Below are positions 1 through 13,300 of a stretch of DNA of 64,000 bases, one piece after another. Origin of the DNA: Bugula neritina (lineage: Eukaryota; Animalia; Bryozoa); NCBI GenBank assembly GCA_964035545.1, contig OZ037765.1, forward strand, positions 434,001-498,000. The letters are read 5' to 3'. Below the pieces are notes generated by a model. That model searched no databases. It saw only the letters and a program-made list of their open reading frames with translations, and had not been told where the DNA came from. How positions within the stretch are numbered: the stretch's first letter is position 1; each line of letters opens with the position of its first letter. The translations under genes and the position numbers were made by a program.

Positions 1-3000
1 ATGACCGAGATGCAGCAGGATGAGGGGGAGTGGATCAAGGAGATGAAACTTGGCCAGGGGGGTTTTGGTCAAGTCTACCTCTTTAAAAACACGGTATTGT
101 GACTTGTATTACATAGACACATGATGTTAAGGAAGCATCTAATATCAGAGCGTATTAAAGTATTGGCTGTGAAGTTGTCTATAATTACAAATATACACTA
201 TTTCTGGTTCTTGAAATAATATCCTTTACCCTTCTTGACCATGTTGCACAATATTCTAATGATAATAATTTACGTTTAGTACAATAAAATAGGCAGGTTA
301 CATGTGAAAGTCTCTAAATACACTTTTTACATCATGAAGTTTGTTATTTACTCTTCTTTCATAAGAAAGTTCACAAATGCCAAGAATTGTTTCCTGATTT
401 TGTTATTGTAGGAACACAGTCTAACATTTCTAATGTAGGAACACAGTCTAACCTTTCTAATGCTGAAAAAATGCCAAACAACTTTGAACTTCAATCTTGT
501 TTTCATTTTGTTTTTGTCGTGAAGATTTATAACAAAGCGATAGTATACAGTTGTATTCTTTAAAACTACTCTATCAGCCAATCAAATAGAAGATTACTTA
601 GTTTATCAGCCAATCAAATAAATGATTACTCAGTTTATTATTTGCTGTTGTTTAGAGGTCAGGGGAGCAAATAGCTGTGAAGAAATGTGGAGCAAACAAT
701 GAGCTCTCCACTAGAATGAGAGAGAAATGGGATGCTGAGGTAGAGATCATGTCTAGAATCAATCACGACAACATAGTCCGAGCCCTGCCAACTCCAGCCC
801 AGTTTCTCCCTCAGGCCAACGAGCCTCCAGCCCTGATTATGGAGTACTGCTCAGGGGGAGACCTTCGTAATGTGAGTTATTAGTTAGTAGTGTGAGTTAT
901 TAGTTAGTAGTGTGAGTTATTAGTTAGTAGTGTGAGTTATTAGTTAGTAGAGTGAGTTACTAGTTAATAATGTGAGTTATTAGTTAGTAGTGTGAGTTAT
1001 TAGTTAGTAGTGTGAGTTATTAGTTAGCAGTATTGAGTTATTAGTTAGTAGTGTGAGTTATTAAGATGAGATTAGAGGCTGATCTATCATAGAATAAATA
1101 TTAATTTATGAACTCGGTTAACCAGAAAGTCTGCAATTTATAGCGTAGTTTTGTAAAAGGAGGATATATCTAGCTGTACTTTAGTGTTGGAGGTAATAAG
1201 GCGTGGCCCACCCTAACATAAAGCTACACTTATTTCTGAATCATAGCAATTCTAGCCATAAGTACTTAAATTTCCTTCTAGTTGCCGCCTTAAATTCAAC
1301 TCAACTGATTGATTGCTAAATGATTTATTTACCAACTGTTGTTTAGGTGATTGTGTTTAATGCATCACGGTATTTAGTGAGTTAATAATTGGGATTTCCC
1401 GGAACTACCAGGAAGTACTGCATAGGGTGTAGTGCCGTATACATTTAAATGTGATACAAGGAAATATATACTCTACTATTTGAGATGTTCCTGTACTGCT
1501 TGCTGTCAGTCTATTTGCCAACTGGAGCCAGTCGTTCATATTATTACAATATCATTGGCTTCTCTTGACACCCTGTTTATATCAATACATTGTATCTTTT
1601 GACCATATTAAATTTAATTTGAAATTACTATTCCCTTGTTTAAATAAAAAAAAGTTCTAAATGGAATCAATGAATTTCATCAACAAATTTGTTGACATGC
1701 AGCCAATGTTTGAGGGAATGAGTTGAAACGACACTGGCGCAATTCAGGGTTTATTTTATTGTATTATATATTCTTCTATTATAACTGTTTCGTTATATAT
1801 CTTGTACTATATACACTATGTTATGTATATTATATTCTCACATGTTAACGTGTTGCAGTTGCTGACAAAGACGCCGTGTGGAATGAAGGAGTCTTCACTA
1901 CGCTGGCTGGTCAGTAACATAGCTAAGGGAGTCGAACATCTACACTCTCTCAAGATCACTCACAGAGACTTGAAGCCTGAGAACATAGTTATAGCTAGGA
2001 AAGGACCCCGGGAAGGCGATGTAAGCACCCTACTCACCCACAGTAACACCCATCTGTTCTCAGGCTATTACTAAATGTCTTTATACATAGTATCACACTT
2101 ACAACTATTCCATTTTGTTCAGTTCAGCTGTTACTACCTATTGTCCAATCAAGCTCTCACTATCCTTACACCACAATAAGCAGCACATAGCCTCGTTGCA
2201 CTGGCCCAGCTCTCTTAGGGGATCTGTACCCTCCACCCTTACAGTCTGAATGTTGTAATCTAAAGATACTAAGGCTATTCTATTGACAGGTTCTCTACAA
2301 GATCATAGACTTGGGATACGCTAAGGAGCTGTTTGATTCCAGTATCCTCTACTCCTTCGTCGGCACCATGCAGTACTTGGTGAGTATAATACAATAATAT
2401 AATATTCTATGTGATATTATACTATATTATATGATATAATACTCTAATATGATATTATACTATATTATATATAATATAATACTCTAATATGATATACTAT
2501 ATTATATAATACTCTAATATGATATTATACTATATTATATAATATAATACTCTAATATGATATTATACTATATTATATAATACTCTAATATGACATACTA
2601 TATTATATATAATATAATACTCTAATATGATATTATACTATATTATATAATATAATACTCTAATATGATATTATACTATATTATATATAATATAATACTC
2701 TAATATGATATTATACTATATTATATAATATAATACTCTAATATGATATACTATATTATATAATATAATACTCTAATATAATATTATTCTATATTTCAAT
2801 GTAACCCAACATCATGCGGAATGTTAGCTCACGCCTCTATTGACCTCTACTGCACAACTCATTGCTTTCTGTTGACTAGGCTCCAGAGCTCATGTCCAAG
2901 AAGGGCTACACTCGAACCGTGGATTTCTGGTCTTTTGGAGTTGTGCTCTTTGAGTGTATCACTGGAGTCCGTCCCTTTTTGCCTAGCGAAGTGCCTTTCA

Positions 3001-6000
3001 GATGGTAGGCACAGTTATATAGACTGTCTACTTACTGCCAGCCTTGCTTCTACCTGCTCTGTAGGAACTTTCTACACCCTAGGCACTACTTAAAGTTGTT
3101 TGTTTGTGTTGCTCCTTCTAAAGGTTTCCTGTTACTTTGTACACAATGCAGCAGTATAGTATAATAGCTGGGTTATATTTTATGAATAAATTATTTATTT
3201 GAATTTCCAGGTTTGCAGAAGTGCAGAAGAAAAAGCCAGATGATATTTGTGTTTACTACAACATAGACGGGGAAATCACCAACTCTGATAGACTAGTGTT
3301 TCCCAATCACCTTTGTAGGTCAGTGGTCAGTCTGTCAGTATGTAGTAGTCAGTTAGTATTTAACTAATAGTCAGTGTGTATTCAACTAGTAGTCAGTGAA
3401 TAGTCTGTAAACTATTATTTGAAGTGATTTGACCAACTTTGCTCTTTTTAGAACCTCTCGAGCGTTTTTTGAACAATTCTTGAAAGTGATGTTGAGGTGG
3501 GACCCAGAGTCGCGGGGTGGTAGAGCCGAGTCTGGAAGTGTGGACAGAGATAGATGTTGGAAACTTCTGGATAATATACTCAGCTCACCTGTTAGTGTGT
3601 CTCTTATTTACCTTACTATATTACACTTGTTAGTGTGTGTCACTTGTTAGTGTGTGCCGTACTTCATATTACAGCTACTCTTCATATACTGTGTACCACT
3701 AAACAAGCTACTAACCTACCCTGTGGAAGACAAGCACACTATCAAAGACGTGCTGAAAGCGTTGGAGCGCGAGACCTCTATACCAATGACCGAACTCGAG
3801 CTGCTCACAGTGCAGGGGACTTTTCTCTCTCTCAACCAAAGAGCTCGGGATATGGCTGGTCAGGTGAGGGGACAACTCCCTAGCACTTCTAGTAATAAAT
3901 CAAATCAGTCAGTCATTTTAGAGTTGTTTTCACATCATTAATAATACAGCAGCATTCTCACAACTGCATTTGGATACAGCTACTGCCACTTGCCTTTTTA
4001 ATGTAGTTTATTACATTACACTACATCTTATTGCGGTATCTCATTATATATTATGTTATATTATTTATATCATATTATGATGTTGTAATCCCTGAGTGTC
4101 TTGTAGGACGAACAGCCCAGTCTCTACGTCTTCAGGAAGTTCAAAGGAGACAACCAAGATGAAGTCCTGCCGCCTCTTCCCTCTGACGGTAAACTGTTTC
4201 CTGAACTTGTCCAGTTTATGATACAGAGAGAGGATATAGCTCTCAACAGTGAGGTTAGTGCAGACGTGTTACTGTACTGCAGACGTATTACTGTACTGCA
4301 GACGTGTTACTGTACTGCAGACGTGTTACTGTACTGCAGACGTATTACTGTACTGCAGACGTGTTACTGTACTGCAGACGTGTTACTCTACTGCAGACGT
4401 ATTACTGTACTGCAGACATGTCCCTTCTATTCTGCAGGATCAGGTAAAGTTCATGTCCCAGGGGGCATACTACTGTGGAGAGAAAGCCAAGGAGTTCTTG
4501 AGAATATATCTGTCCTCAAAGGCCATCTGGTAAATATCTTTCTGCTGCACATGGATGTTGTTATTATAGTCTTAGTTAATCAGTCCTGTACCTCACTTCC
4601 TGTATGCTACTTCCTGTGCACTACTTCCTACATACTACTTCCTGTATGCTACTTCCTGTGCACTACTTCCTGTACATCACTTCCTGTATTCGACTCTTTT
4701 CACAGGTACAGCCTCATGAGAGAATTATCAGATTTTGTGAAGAATAGAAATATTGTGAGAGCTGAGCTGTTTAATCTACACATTCTAATAGACTTCTGTG
4801 ACCAGGGGTGAGTATCCTCATGTGTTATATGATAGGGTGAATATCTTTACATGTGTCTAGTATAGTAGGGTGAGTATCCTTACATGTGTCTAGTATAGTA
4901 AGGTGAGTAAGGCTGTATGTATAATTATGTATCCTCTTATAAACTGTCTCCTTACAGATTCCAAACAGACTTGGCGCAGTACGAGAGCCAAAGTCAAGAT
5001 TCCACCGGAGGCGCTAGGTTTGGTAAGTTTTCCACTGTCTCTCCACTCTGTGTGCCTCAGTATAGCTTCCGGTGTGCCACTGTAATACTAGAGCTGTGTA
5101 TCAGAGAGTGTACCACTGTAATACCGTATGTTTCAGAGAGTGTAAATACGATAAAGAGTTGGAATGACATGAGAGCAGAGCTTAAAGCCATGAAAAGTCT
5201 TGTAAGTCGTATTATATTAATCTCTCTGTGTATTATATTACTCTCTCTGTATTATATTACTCTCTCTCTGTATTATATTACTCTCTCTCTCTGTATTATA
5301 TTACTCTCTCTGTGTATTATATTACTCTCTCTGTGTGTATTATATTACTCTCTCTGTATTATATTACTCTCTCTCTGTATTATATTACTCTCTCTCTCTG
5401 TATTATATTACTCTCTCTCTGTATTATATTACTCTCTCTCTGTGTATTATATTACTCTCTGTATTATATTACTCTCTCTCTCTGTAATATATTACTCTGT
5501 CTGTATTATATTACTCTCTCTCTGTATTATATTACTCTCTCTCTGTATTATATTACTCTCTCTCTGTATTATATTACTCTCTGTGTGTATTATATTACTC
5601 TGTCTGTGTATTATATTACTCTCTCTCTGTGTATTATATTACTCTCTGTATTATATTACTCTCTCTCTCTGTATTATATTACTCTCTGTATTATATTACT
5701 CTCTCTCTGTAATATATTACTCTCTCTGTATTATATTACTCTCTCTCTGTATTATATTACTCTCTCTCTGTATTATATTACTCTCTGTGTGTATTATATT
5801 ACTCTGTCTGTGTATTATATTACTCTCTCTCTGTGTATTATATTACTCTCTGTATTATATTACTCTCTCTCTCTGTATTATATTACTCTCTGTATTATAT
5901 TACTCTCTCTCTGTAATATATTACTCTCTCAGTATTATATTACTCTCTCTCAGTATTATATTACTCTCTCTCTCTCTCTCTGTGTATTGTATTATATTAT

Positions 6001-8208
6001 ATTATATGATATTATATGATACAGGAAGAAGAGTTGAACCAACTGAGCACGCTCTATGACCAGCTGCAGATGTCTATTGAGGAGTTGAAGAAGAAGCCCT
6101 TCTCAGTCTATCAGCAGTATCCCGGGGCCGGCATTCACCAGCTGTAAGTTCCTCGGCACCAGCCTCTTTCTCACTCAACGTCTGCCTATTTCACATCCTG
6201 TAGTAACTTCCTCTGTCCTATCACCTCGGGAACCTCTACCACATATAGTTCACTCACGTCCTCATGTCTAGTCTATATAAAGTAGATATAATTCAGTGCA
6301 CTAGCTAGCTGTAGAACTCAGCTAGTTAGTGTGGCTGTAGAACTCAGCTAGTTAGTGTGGCTGTAGAACTCAGCTAGCTAGTGTAGCTGTAGAACTCAGC
6401 TAGTTAGTGTGGCTGTAGAACTCAGCTAGTTAGTGTAGCTGTAGAACTCAGCTAGTTAGTGTAGCTGTAGAACTCAGCTAGTTAGTGTGGCTGTAGAACT
6501 CGGCTAGTTAGTGTAGCTGTAGAACTCAGCTAGTTAGTGTGGCTGTAGAACTCGGCTAGTTAGTGTGGCTGTAGAACTCAGCTAGTTAGTGTAGCTGTTT
6601 AGGAATTTAGGAGTTACCTCACCCTGTCTATATCAGACCATCAGGGGAGACAACTCGCAACTAAATGTTCCTCTTGTAGATTTGAGAAGAGCCATCAGCT
6701 CTACATAGACATCCGAAAAAGATCTCGGGGTAAGTTTTCTGTCTGCGAGTCCATGTTTCCTGTTACCTTTTATCTGTAGAATTTTCCATCTATTATCTAC
6801 ACTCTATTATCTACACTGTAGGTGAGACAGTGAAACCAACCAATCAGGACATGCTGTCGTGTATCTCACAGATCACTGCGCTGAGTGAGAGACAGACTAA
6901 CGGACTACACGCCTACTGCAGGTACAGTCTCACTCCGTCTCCCTCCAATCTGCAACTTGTAGACGGAGTTGTCACTCTACAGAGTTGTTATTCCTGGTTA
7001 AATATAACTGAGGATGTGCAGTCAGTCTATTCAGTCACATGGGAGAGTTGTGTTACCCTGTAGAGTAGGAGTTGTGTTACTCCGTAGAGTAGGAGTTGTG
7101 TTACCCTGTAGAGTAGGAGTTGTGTTACTCTGTAGAGTATAATATGTGTGTAGAGTAGGAGTTGTGTTACTCTGTAGAGTGATGATGGAAAAGAGGCTGA
7201 AGATAGCCAGCCTAGCCGAGCAGCTCAGCTCCATCATGACCAGAATCGGAGAGTTTAGGGAGCAGGTCAAGGCCTTTCAGCAGAAGAGACAGGAGGACAT
7301 GTGGAAGTTCATTAAACTAGCAGTGAGTGTGCAGTGTTACTAGTAGTAGTAGTAGTTGTCAGTTGGACTAGTAGTCAGTTGGACTAGTAGTTAGTATACT
7401 AGTAGTCAGTTGTACTAGTAGTCAGTATACTAGTAGTTAGTTGTACTAGTAGTTAGTTATACTAGTACCCAGTCATACAGCTACTCATAGTGTTGCCCTC
7501 CATTTCACAGTTAGCCAGCAAACCCTCGGGAAGATCAACTCCCAGTATGGGTGTCAGTCCGGCCCTCCAAACTACTGTGATGATAACCCGGGGCTCCCTA
7601 GACTCTATGCGCACTATGACTCAGTACGAGCAGGTGAAGTCAAAGTGAGTATCTCTTTCTCTTTTCTTTGAGATATCTCGTGTATTCTCACATTATCTCG
7701 TGTATTCTCACATTATCTCGTGTATTCTCACATTATCTCGTGTACTCTCACATTATCTCGTGTATTCTCATATTATATCGTGTATTCTCACACTATCTCG
7801 TATATTCTCACATTATCTCGTGTATTCTCACATTATCTCGTGTATTCTCACATTATCTCGTGTATTCTCACATTATCTCGTGTATTCTCACATTATCTTG
7901 TGTATTCTCACATTATCTCATGTATTCTCACATTATCTCATGTATTCTCACATTATCTCGTGTATTCTCACACTATCTCGTGTATTCTCACATTATCTCG
8001 TGTATTCTCACATTATCTCGTGTATTCTCATATTATCTCGTGTATTCTCATATTATCTCGTGTATTCTCATATTATCTTGTGTATTCTCACATTATCTCT
8101 TCTTGTTTTGTCAGATCTGGATCGCTGATGAACGAGAGAGGTTCTAGTCCACAGTCTGCATCCAGCAATGCTGATTGGTCGTTTCTTGACCCAGATAAAG
8201 CTACGTGA
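1..8208 (+). CDS. CHUK/IKBKB: IkappaB kinase alpha/beta (pro-orthologue of CHUK/IKBKB), complete, 19 exons, ~744 aa
   Basis: GT-AG exons, phase-consistent: 1-93, 656-871, 1859-2020, 2290-2379, 2880-3004, 3211-3318, 3452-3590, 3675-3863, 4107-4253, 4438-4529, 4706-4807, 4958-5022, 5137-5201, 6025-6143, 6680-6729, 6822-6921, 7178-7322, 7511-7644, 8115-8208 (2235 nt). Motifs: [37 protein letters not shown]-typical [10 protein letters not shown]..[16 protein letters not shown], ubiquitin-like domain (exon 8), helical scaffold ([15 protein letters not shown]), C-terminal NEMO-binding-like ADWSFL. AATAAA at 8748. Confidence 0.96.
872..1062 (+). repeat. 20-bp minisatellite GTGAGTTATTAGTTAGTAGT (~9.5 copies) starting exactly at the IKK intron-2 donor
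   Basis: Direct reading; nearly every unit begins with GTGAGT. Confidence 0.95.
1391..1400. promoter_or_regulatory. Consensus NF-kappaB site GGGATTTCCC in IKK intron 2
   Basis: Exact match to GGGRNWYYCC; function untested. Confidence 0.35.
2390..2790. repeat. Degenerate AT-rich minisatellite in IKK intron 4
   Basis: Recurrent TATAATACTCTAATATGATATTATACTATATTA core. Confidence 0.9.
4259..4418. repeat. 19-bp minisatellite GCAGACGTGTTACTGTACT in IKK intron 9
   Basis: About 8 tandem copies, read directly. Confidence 0.9.
5209..6000. repeat. ~20-bp TGTATTATATTAC(TC)n minisatellite filling IKK intron 13
   Basis: Direct reading; source of the spurious ORF 5228..6019 and most of ORF 4917..6059. 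Confidence 0.95.
6305..6598. repeat. 26-bp minisatellite GCTGTAGAACTCAGCTAGTTAGTGTR (~11 copies), IKK intron 14
   Basis: Direct reading. Confidence 0.92.
7043..7180 (+). repeat. 24-bp repeat (GTAGAGTAGGAGTTGTGTTACYCT) whose last copy supplies the acceptor of IKK exon 17
   Basis: Five YGTAG|AG copies; the used acceptor is at 7176-7177. Confidence 0.85.
7674..8098. repeat. 20-bp minisatellite TATCTCGTGTATTCTCACAT (~21 copies), IKK intron 18
   Basis: Direct reading. Confidence 0.95.
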
Positions 8209-10345
8209 CACCCAATTGGTCGTTTCTGTGACCCAGTTAAGTCCAAATATTTTCCTTGACAATAGACCTTCGCACACCCAACACGGGCCGTCTAATTGGT
8301 CCGCCGTATACAATGACTACCTGTGATTGGATGCCTTCAGTCATGTGACCAGCAACATTCAATGCTCATTGGTTGTATAGCTCTAACCACGTCACCAGTT
8401 GCCCAACTTTTCACATATTTTTTTTAGCTTTCAATTTATATTTTAGGGGAATTTTTTTAATTATTTATGCTGTATTATATCTGCACAGGACTGCGCACTG
8501 CGTATGGGGTAGTTAGGCTGGTGAATTATTGTAGCATGTCTTTTAGTTTTTATATCAATTACAAAGTAATTCTTCAACTGCGACACTCGACTATGAATGC
8601 CGTCTGCATTATTGTATATTTGTTTTGTCTACTCCCAGCTATTAGCTGGGTTTACTTAATTCAGCCCAACAGTTGAGCTAATCGCTGCTTCCAGCCATCT
8701 CCACTAGCAGCCTTGACTTCAGTTCTATGTTTATACTATATTTAGATAATAAATATATCTTTCTCACAAAGTAGCTGCTTTTATTATACTCTTTATCAAA
8801 TGCTTGTTTTCTAAAAGAGCTAACATTTTTAAATTTACAGTTACTGGCAAATAATAATTCACAACTGGTAAAATACTGAATTCTTTAAACTATAGTGAAT
8901 TCTTTCATTTCTACTGAGTCAATTTTCTCTCTTTCTTCAGCCTATTTGATTAACATGGCCTTATTCCACCTGCCCTTTGCATTCACTACTCCTTCCTCCT
9001 GCAGGCTACAACACAAACACTATAATATAATTTATGAAGTTCTTGTGTTTGCAAACTCAAAGTTATTAATAATTGCTAAACCTGGAGGCTAGACTAATAA
9101 TAATGAGAATAATTAGCTGCTATTACTATTGTTCCTTAGCTTTAGTTGAACATCTACTGGAATTCTCTTCCTATTCATTAACTATTTAACTTTATCTGCT
9201 CCTCTTTGTTTTCACTTGAAATAACCAAGTCAGTATCGACCTGCATGTTTTCTATTATTGTATTTCAGCTAATTAACATAATTAGATGGTAATAGGCTGG
9301 CGGTTTCATCATTGATTTGGACAGTTATGTGTTGATGTGCAGAATCTGAATAGCTTTCACCTCATCTAATTAATCAATTTGTAACAAACAATAATTTGTG
9401 TAATTATTGTCAGGAAATCAGATATCAAGATGACTTTTACAAGTCGATAAGTTATTGTCATTGTGATAATGAGTTGTTATTCATTGCCTTAACCACTAAT
9501 ATATCATCACATTTAAACAATGCAGGAAATTCCTATTAACAAACAATGAGCCCAGTTTTTAACATGCATTATTACATAATTGTGCATTTCATTTTGGAGC
9601 AGTTTTACTATTCCTAACTTTATCCATTCTTAACATCCACTCTAGATATATTAACAACTTAATTCAGTGAGACAGATGCAACTATAACTGTGTGATGGGA
9701 ATAGCTATTGGCAGCTGAGGGGGAAGGGGCAGCCATTCTCATGTCATGACATCTTCCACAATGCAGCAGTTGTGTCCTCAACAACAAAGTAGTATTAGTT
9801 ACACTCCTGTAGCTGCTAAGATGTGGGGTTGACTAAAGATTTTATTAAGTGTTATACTTCATCAGATTACGTAATGTGTACGTTTTTAACTTATTATGTT
9901 ACAAAAAATGTACTTTTTGGTTGTTTCCCAGGAAATGTATTACCTAGTTTTGTTCTGTTATATTAAACCTGATGACTGTACCACAGTGACAGTTCATCAC
10001 ATTGTTTCAACTCGCTGTTCACTATGAGTTTGCTGAACTTCTTCCAACAATGCTAAGTTGGAGCATATTTCCTCACGACCTCATTATTGAGCTCGACGTC
10101 CGGAATGTGTTGAGATACGACATGACACAACGTCCTCCTGTGTTACCAGACAAAGGGCAGCATCTCGTAAGTTGTCTATCACCTGGTAACATGTAGTATG
10201 GGCTCCGTTTTCTCTCGCATCATGAGACGATCAAATTCATCCAGTAGTGACCGCCAGAGTGTCAGTCAAAGTTGTACTCGCAAGGTTAGTGGTGAGAGTC
10301 ACTCAGTCATATTCAAATCTAGTTTAAAGCAGAGTTACTTTTAGT

Positions 10346-13300
10346 ATGAGAAAAGCTGAAGTCATGTCTGTTGAGAAAATGTTCTCTAATCTTCAACTTC
10401 CTGTTTGCAAGTGTTTAAAATCCAAATACTTACAGAAACACCAGAAGGAAGAAGATGTGATGAAGTCCGACTCAGACGAAATGTTAAGTTTCTCTTACAA
10501 CTCGCAGACGGCTGACGTCAGCATCTCCAGTGACTCGAGTCGCTCTCGTAGCTCCCAGGTAGGGTGCTGTACTCTCAGCTAGGGTACTGTACTCTCAGGT
10601 AGGGTACTATATCCTCTCAGCTAGGGTACTGTATCCTCTCAGCTAGGGTACTATATCCTCTCAGCTAGGGTACTGTACTCTCAGCTAGGGTACTGTATCC
10701 TCTCAGCTAGGGTACTGTACTCTCAGGTAGAGTACTATATCCTCTCAGCTAGGGTGCTGTACTCTCAGCTAGGGTACTGTATCCTCTCAGCTAGGGTACT
10801 GTATCCTCTCAGCTAGGGTACTGTAATTCTTCACTTTTTCTGGTATTTTCTTTTAGGAGAGTCGCAGTGCGTCTGCTTCCAGCATGTCGTCGTCTGCTAT
10901 GGACTGTCTCACCACCAAGTCCACCAGTAGCCGAAAGCCACTCAAGACTGACTCACCCGTGACTCACTCTAACCATCCGTCTGCTAATGTACGACCAGAC
11001 ACACCCCACCTGGTAAATACCAAACCTCTCCGTCCAATCACGTCGCAGTACCAGAGTATGACATCACACCTTCACAAGTTAGTTTACCCGAGTCTTTAAT
11101 TGCGGAGTGATACTGGTAACACCAGCCTGTAGAAATCATGTACAATTAGTTTAAACCTTTGAGTTCAACTTGCGAAAAAAAATTTATATGTTGAGTCATC
11201 TGTCTATATGTTTAGTCATCTGTCTATATGTTAAGTCATCTGTCTATAAGTTGAGTCATCTGTCTATATGTTTAGTCATCTGTCTATGTGTTGAGTCATC
11301 TGTCTATATGTTGAGTCATCTGTCTATAAGTTGAGTCATCTGTCTATATGTTGAGTCATCTGTCTATATGTTTAGTCATCTGTCTATGTGTTGAGTCATC
11401 TGTCTATATGTTGAGTCATCTGTCTATATGTTGAGTCATCTGTCTATAAGTTTAGTCATCTGTCTATATGTTAAGTCATCTGTCTATAAGTTGAGTCATC
11501 TGTCTATAAGTTTAGTCATCTGACTATGTGTTGAGTCATCTGTCTATATGTTGAGTCATCTGTCTATAAGTTTAGTCATCTGTCTATATGTTAAGTCATC
11601 TGTCTATAAGTTGAGTCATATGTCTATAATATGTTGAGTCATCTGTCTATATGTTAAGACATCTGTCTATATGTTAAGTCATCTGACTATATGTTGAGTC
11701 ATCTGTCCATAATCTCACTTGTGTCAGACCCTCGACATTCTGTGTTGAAGATGTCAAAGTGAGCCGCTGTCTTCCCTCCCTGGCCCCTCCAAGCCAACCC
11801 ACCGCACGGTTTCTGAACAGCCTCTCTTACCAGATGTCAACCGCAAGCCGCATCACCTCATCAGGAACGCAAATGGAGCTGCCAGAAACACAACTGGTGC
11901 TGCCAAACACATGGAAGGTGCTTCCAACTATATCTCGGACAGATATGGTTCCCGGGTTACTCCACTCAACATTGGTTAGTTAGCTAACACTTCTCTCCTC
12001 CTGGTCTCTCTCTGTGTGTCGAATATTTCACAGAAATGTTTGCAGTTTGTAACCTTTACTTTTAGTAGCATTCCTATTCCATTGTTTTCAACTTTCATGG
12101 TTATTGCTGCAAAAATAATAGGAAATATCAGCTTGAAGGAAAAGAAATGTTAAAGCCTTGTAATCTATATATTTTTACTATAACCTTATTATCAAAGGAA
12201 TAAACTTTATTTTATATATAAGTTCTGGTATATTTCAGGGGATGGTGTGCGGCCGACCCCTAAACTAGAAGGACACTCCGCCCCTGTTTCTTCACGGCAC
12301 TTGCAGTCACCAGGTTCTGTTGTCGAGTCGACAGGGACAAGAGAAAAAGAGTCCCCTGTGGCCTGGTCAGTAGAATGTTAGCCTGCAAGTCATAACATGA
12401 TAACTATTCATGCTCTATGGGGCGTGAGCTTCAACAACCTGTAATCACTTGAGTGTACAATGTGAAACTTGGGCTATTAAGTTACCTGAAGCTCAATCAG
12501 TATAACTGAGATATTCACCTGGAAACTTTATTTAAGTCAGAATATATATTCAACTCTTTATTTCTTACTTTTGTTTATATGGTAATTCTATTAATAGATT
12601 TGATACTCTTTTTATAACCCGATCAGGTCTATGATTCTCTTTAGTCTGGTTCGAAGCATGGAGCACGTCGCTTCAGTCATGAAGAAGAAAATCTTTCCTC
12701 CTTTATACGAGGCCAACAAGAGTGCCTTTGTGGAGAAGATTCTACCAACTTCTCAAGTCCAGTACGGCTATCAGGGTGACAGGTACGCGTCCCTCACATG
12801 GGCCACAGAACTCAGTCTAGCCTGAAATGGATACTTTGTAAAATAAATTATTTGTCTACAATTATTTTAAATTTATAAAAATATTTCAGATGTAAGAATG
12901 TAGCGCAATATTAGCTTTAGAGTTCACATTATCATATTAGTATGGTTGGGGTTGGCGATACTCCCACCCTCAGTGAGGAGGTGGGATAGCTGAGGACCAA
13001 GTGTGTATAGCTGAGTTCTGTTTGTAGATACATCACAGTTGGGTCCGGGGAGTTTGGGGAGGTGCTGTACGGCAAGATGAAGAGCTCGGGTAAGCTGGTG
13101 GCTATCAAGGCACTGAAGAGAGACAAGAGTGACATGTACGCCCTCCTCCAGGAGGCCTTCCTGCTGCAGATTGCCAGTACCACAGGCTACGCCGCCCACT
13201 ACCGCGGTCTCGCCTCTTTCTGCGCCCTCGGAGGAGCGTATCTCGAGTGGGCCATCGTCTGCGACTTTGTGGGCTCCTCATCCGGCCCGGACCCCTACGA

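Noticed and set aside
4868-4885. GTATCCTT U12-like donor in IKK intron 11
   Set aside because: Lies inside a duplicated GTGAGT donor repeat; the reading frame is satisfied by the U2 donor at 4808 and no clear U12 branch site precedes the acceptor.
4917-6059. 380-aa and 263-aa ORFs rich in L/Y/I/S/C
   Set aside because: Read-through of an intronic minisatellite; only 4958-5022 and 5137-5201 are real in-frame IKK exons.
8895-9245. Possible minus-strand terminal exons downstream of IKK
   Set aside because: Short, no recognisable homology, and could not be linked to upstream exons.
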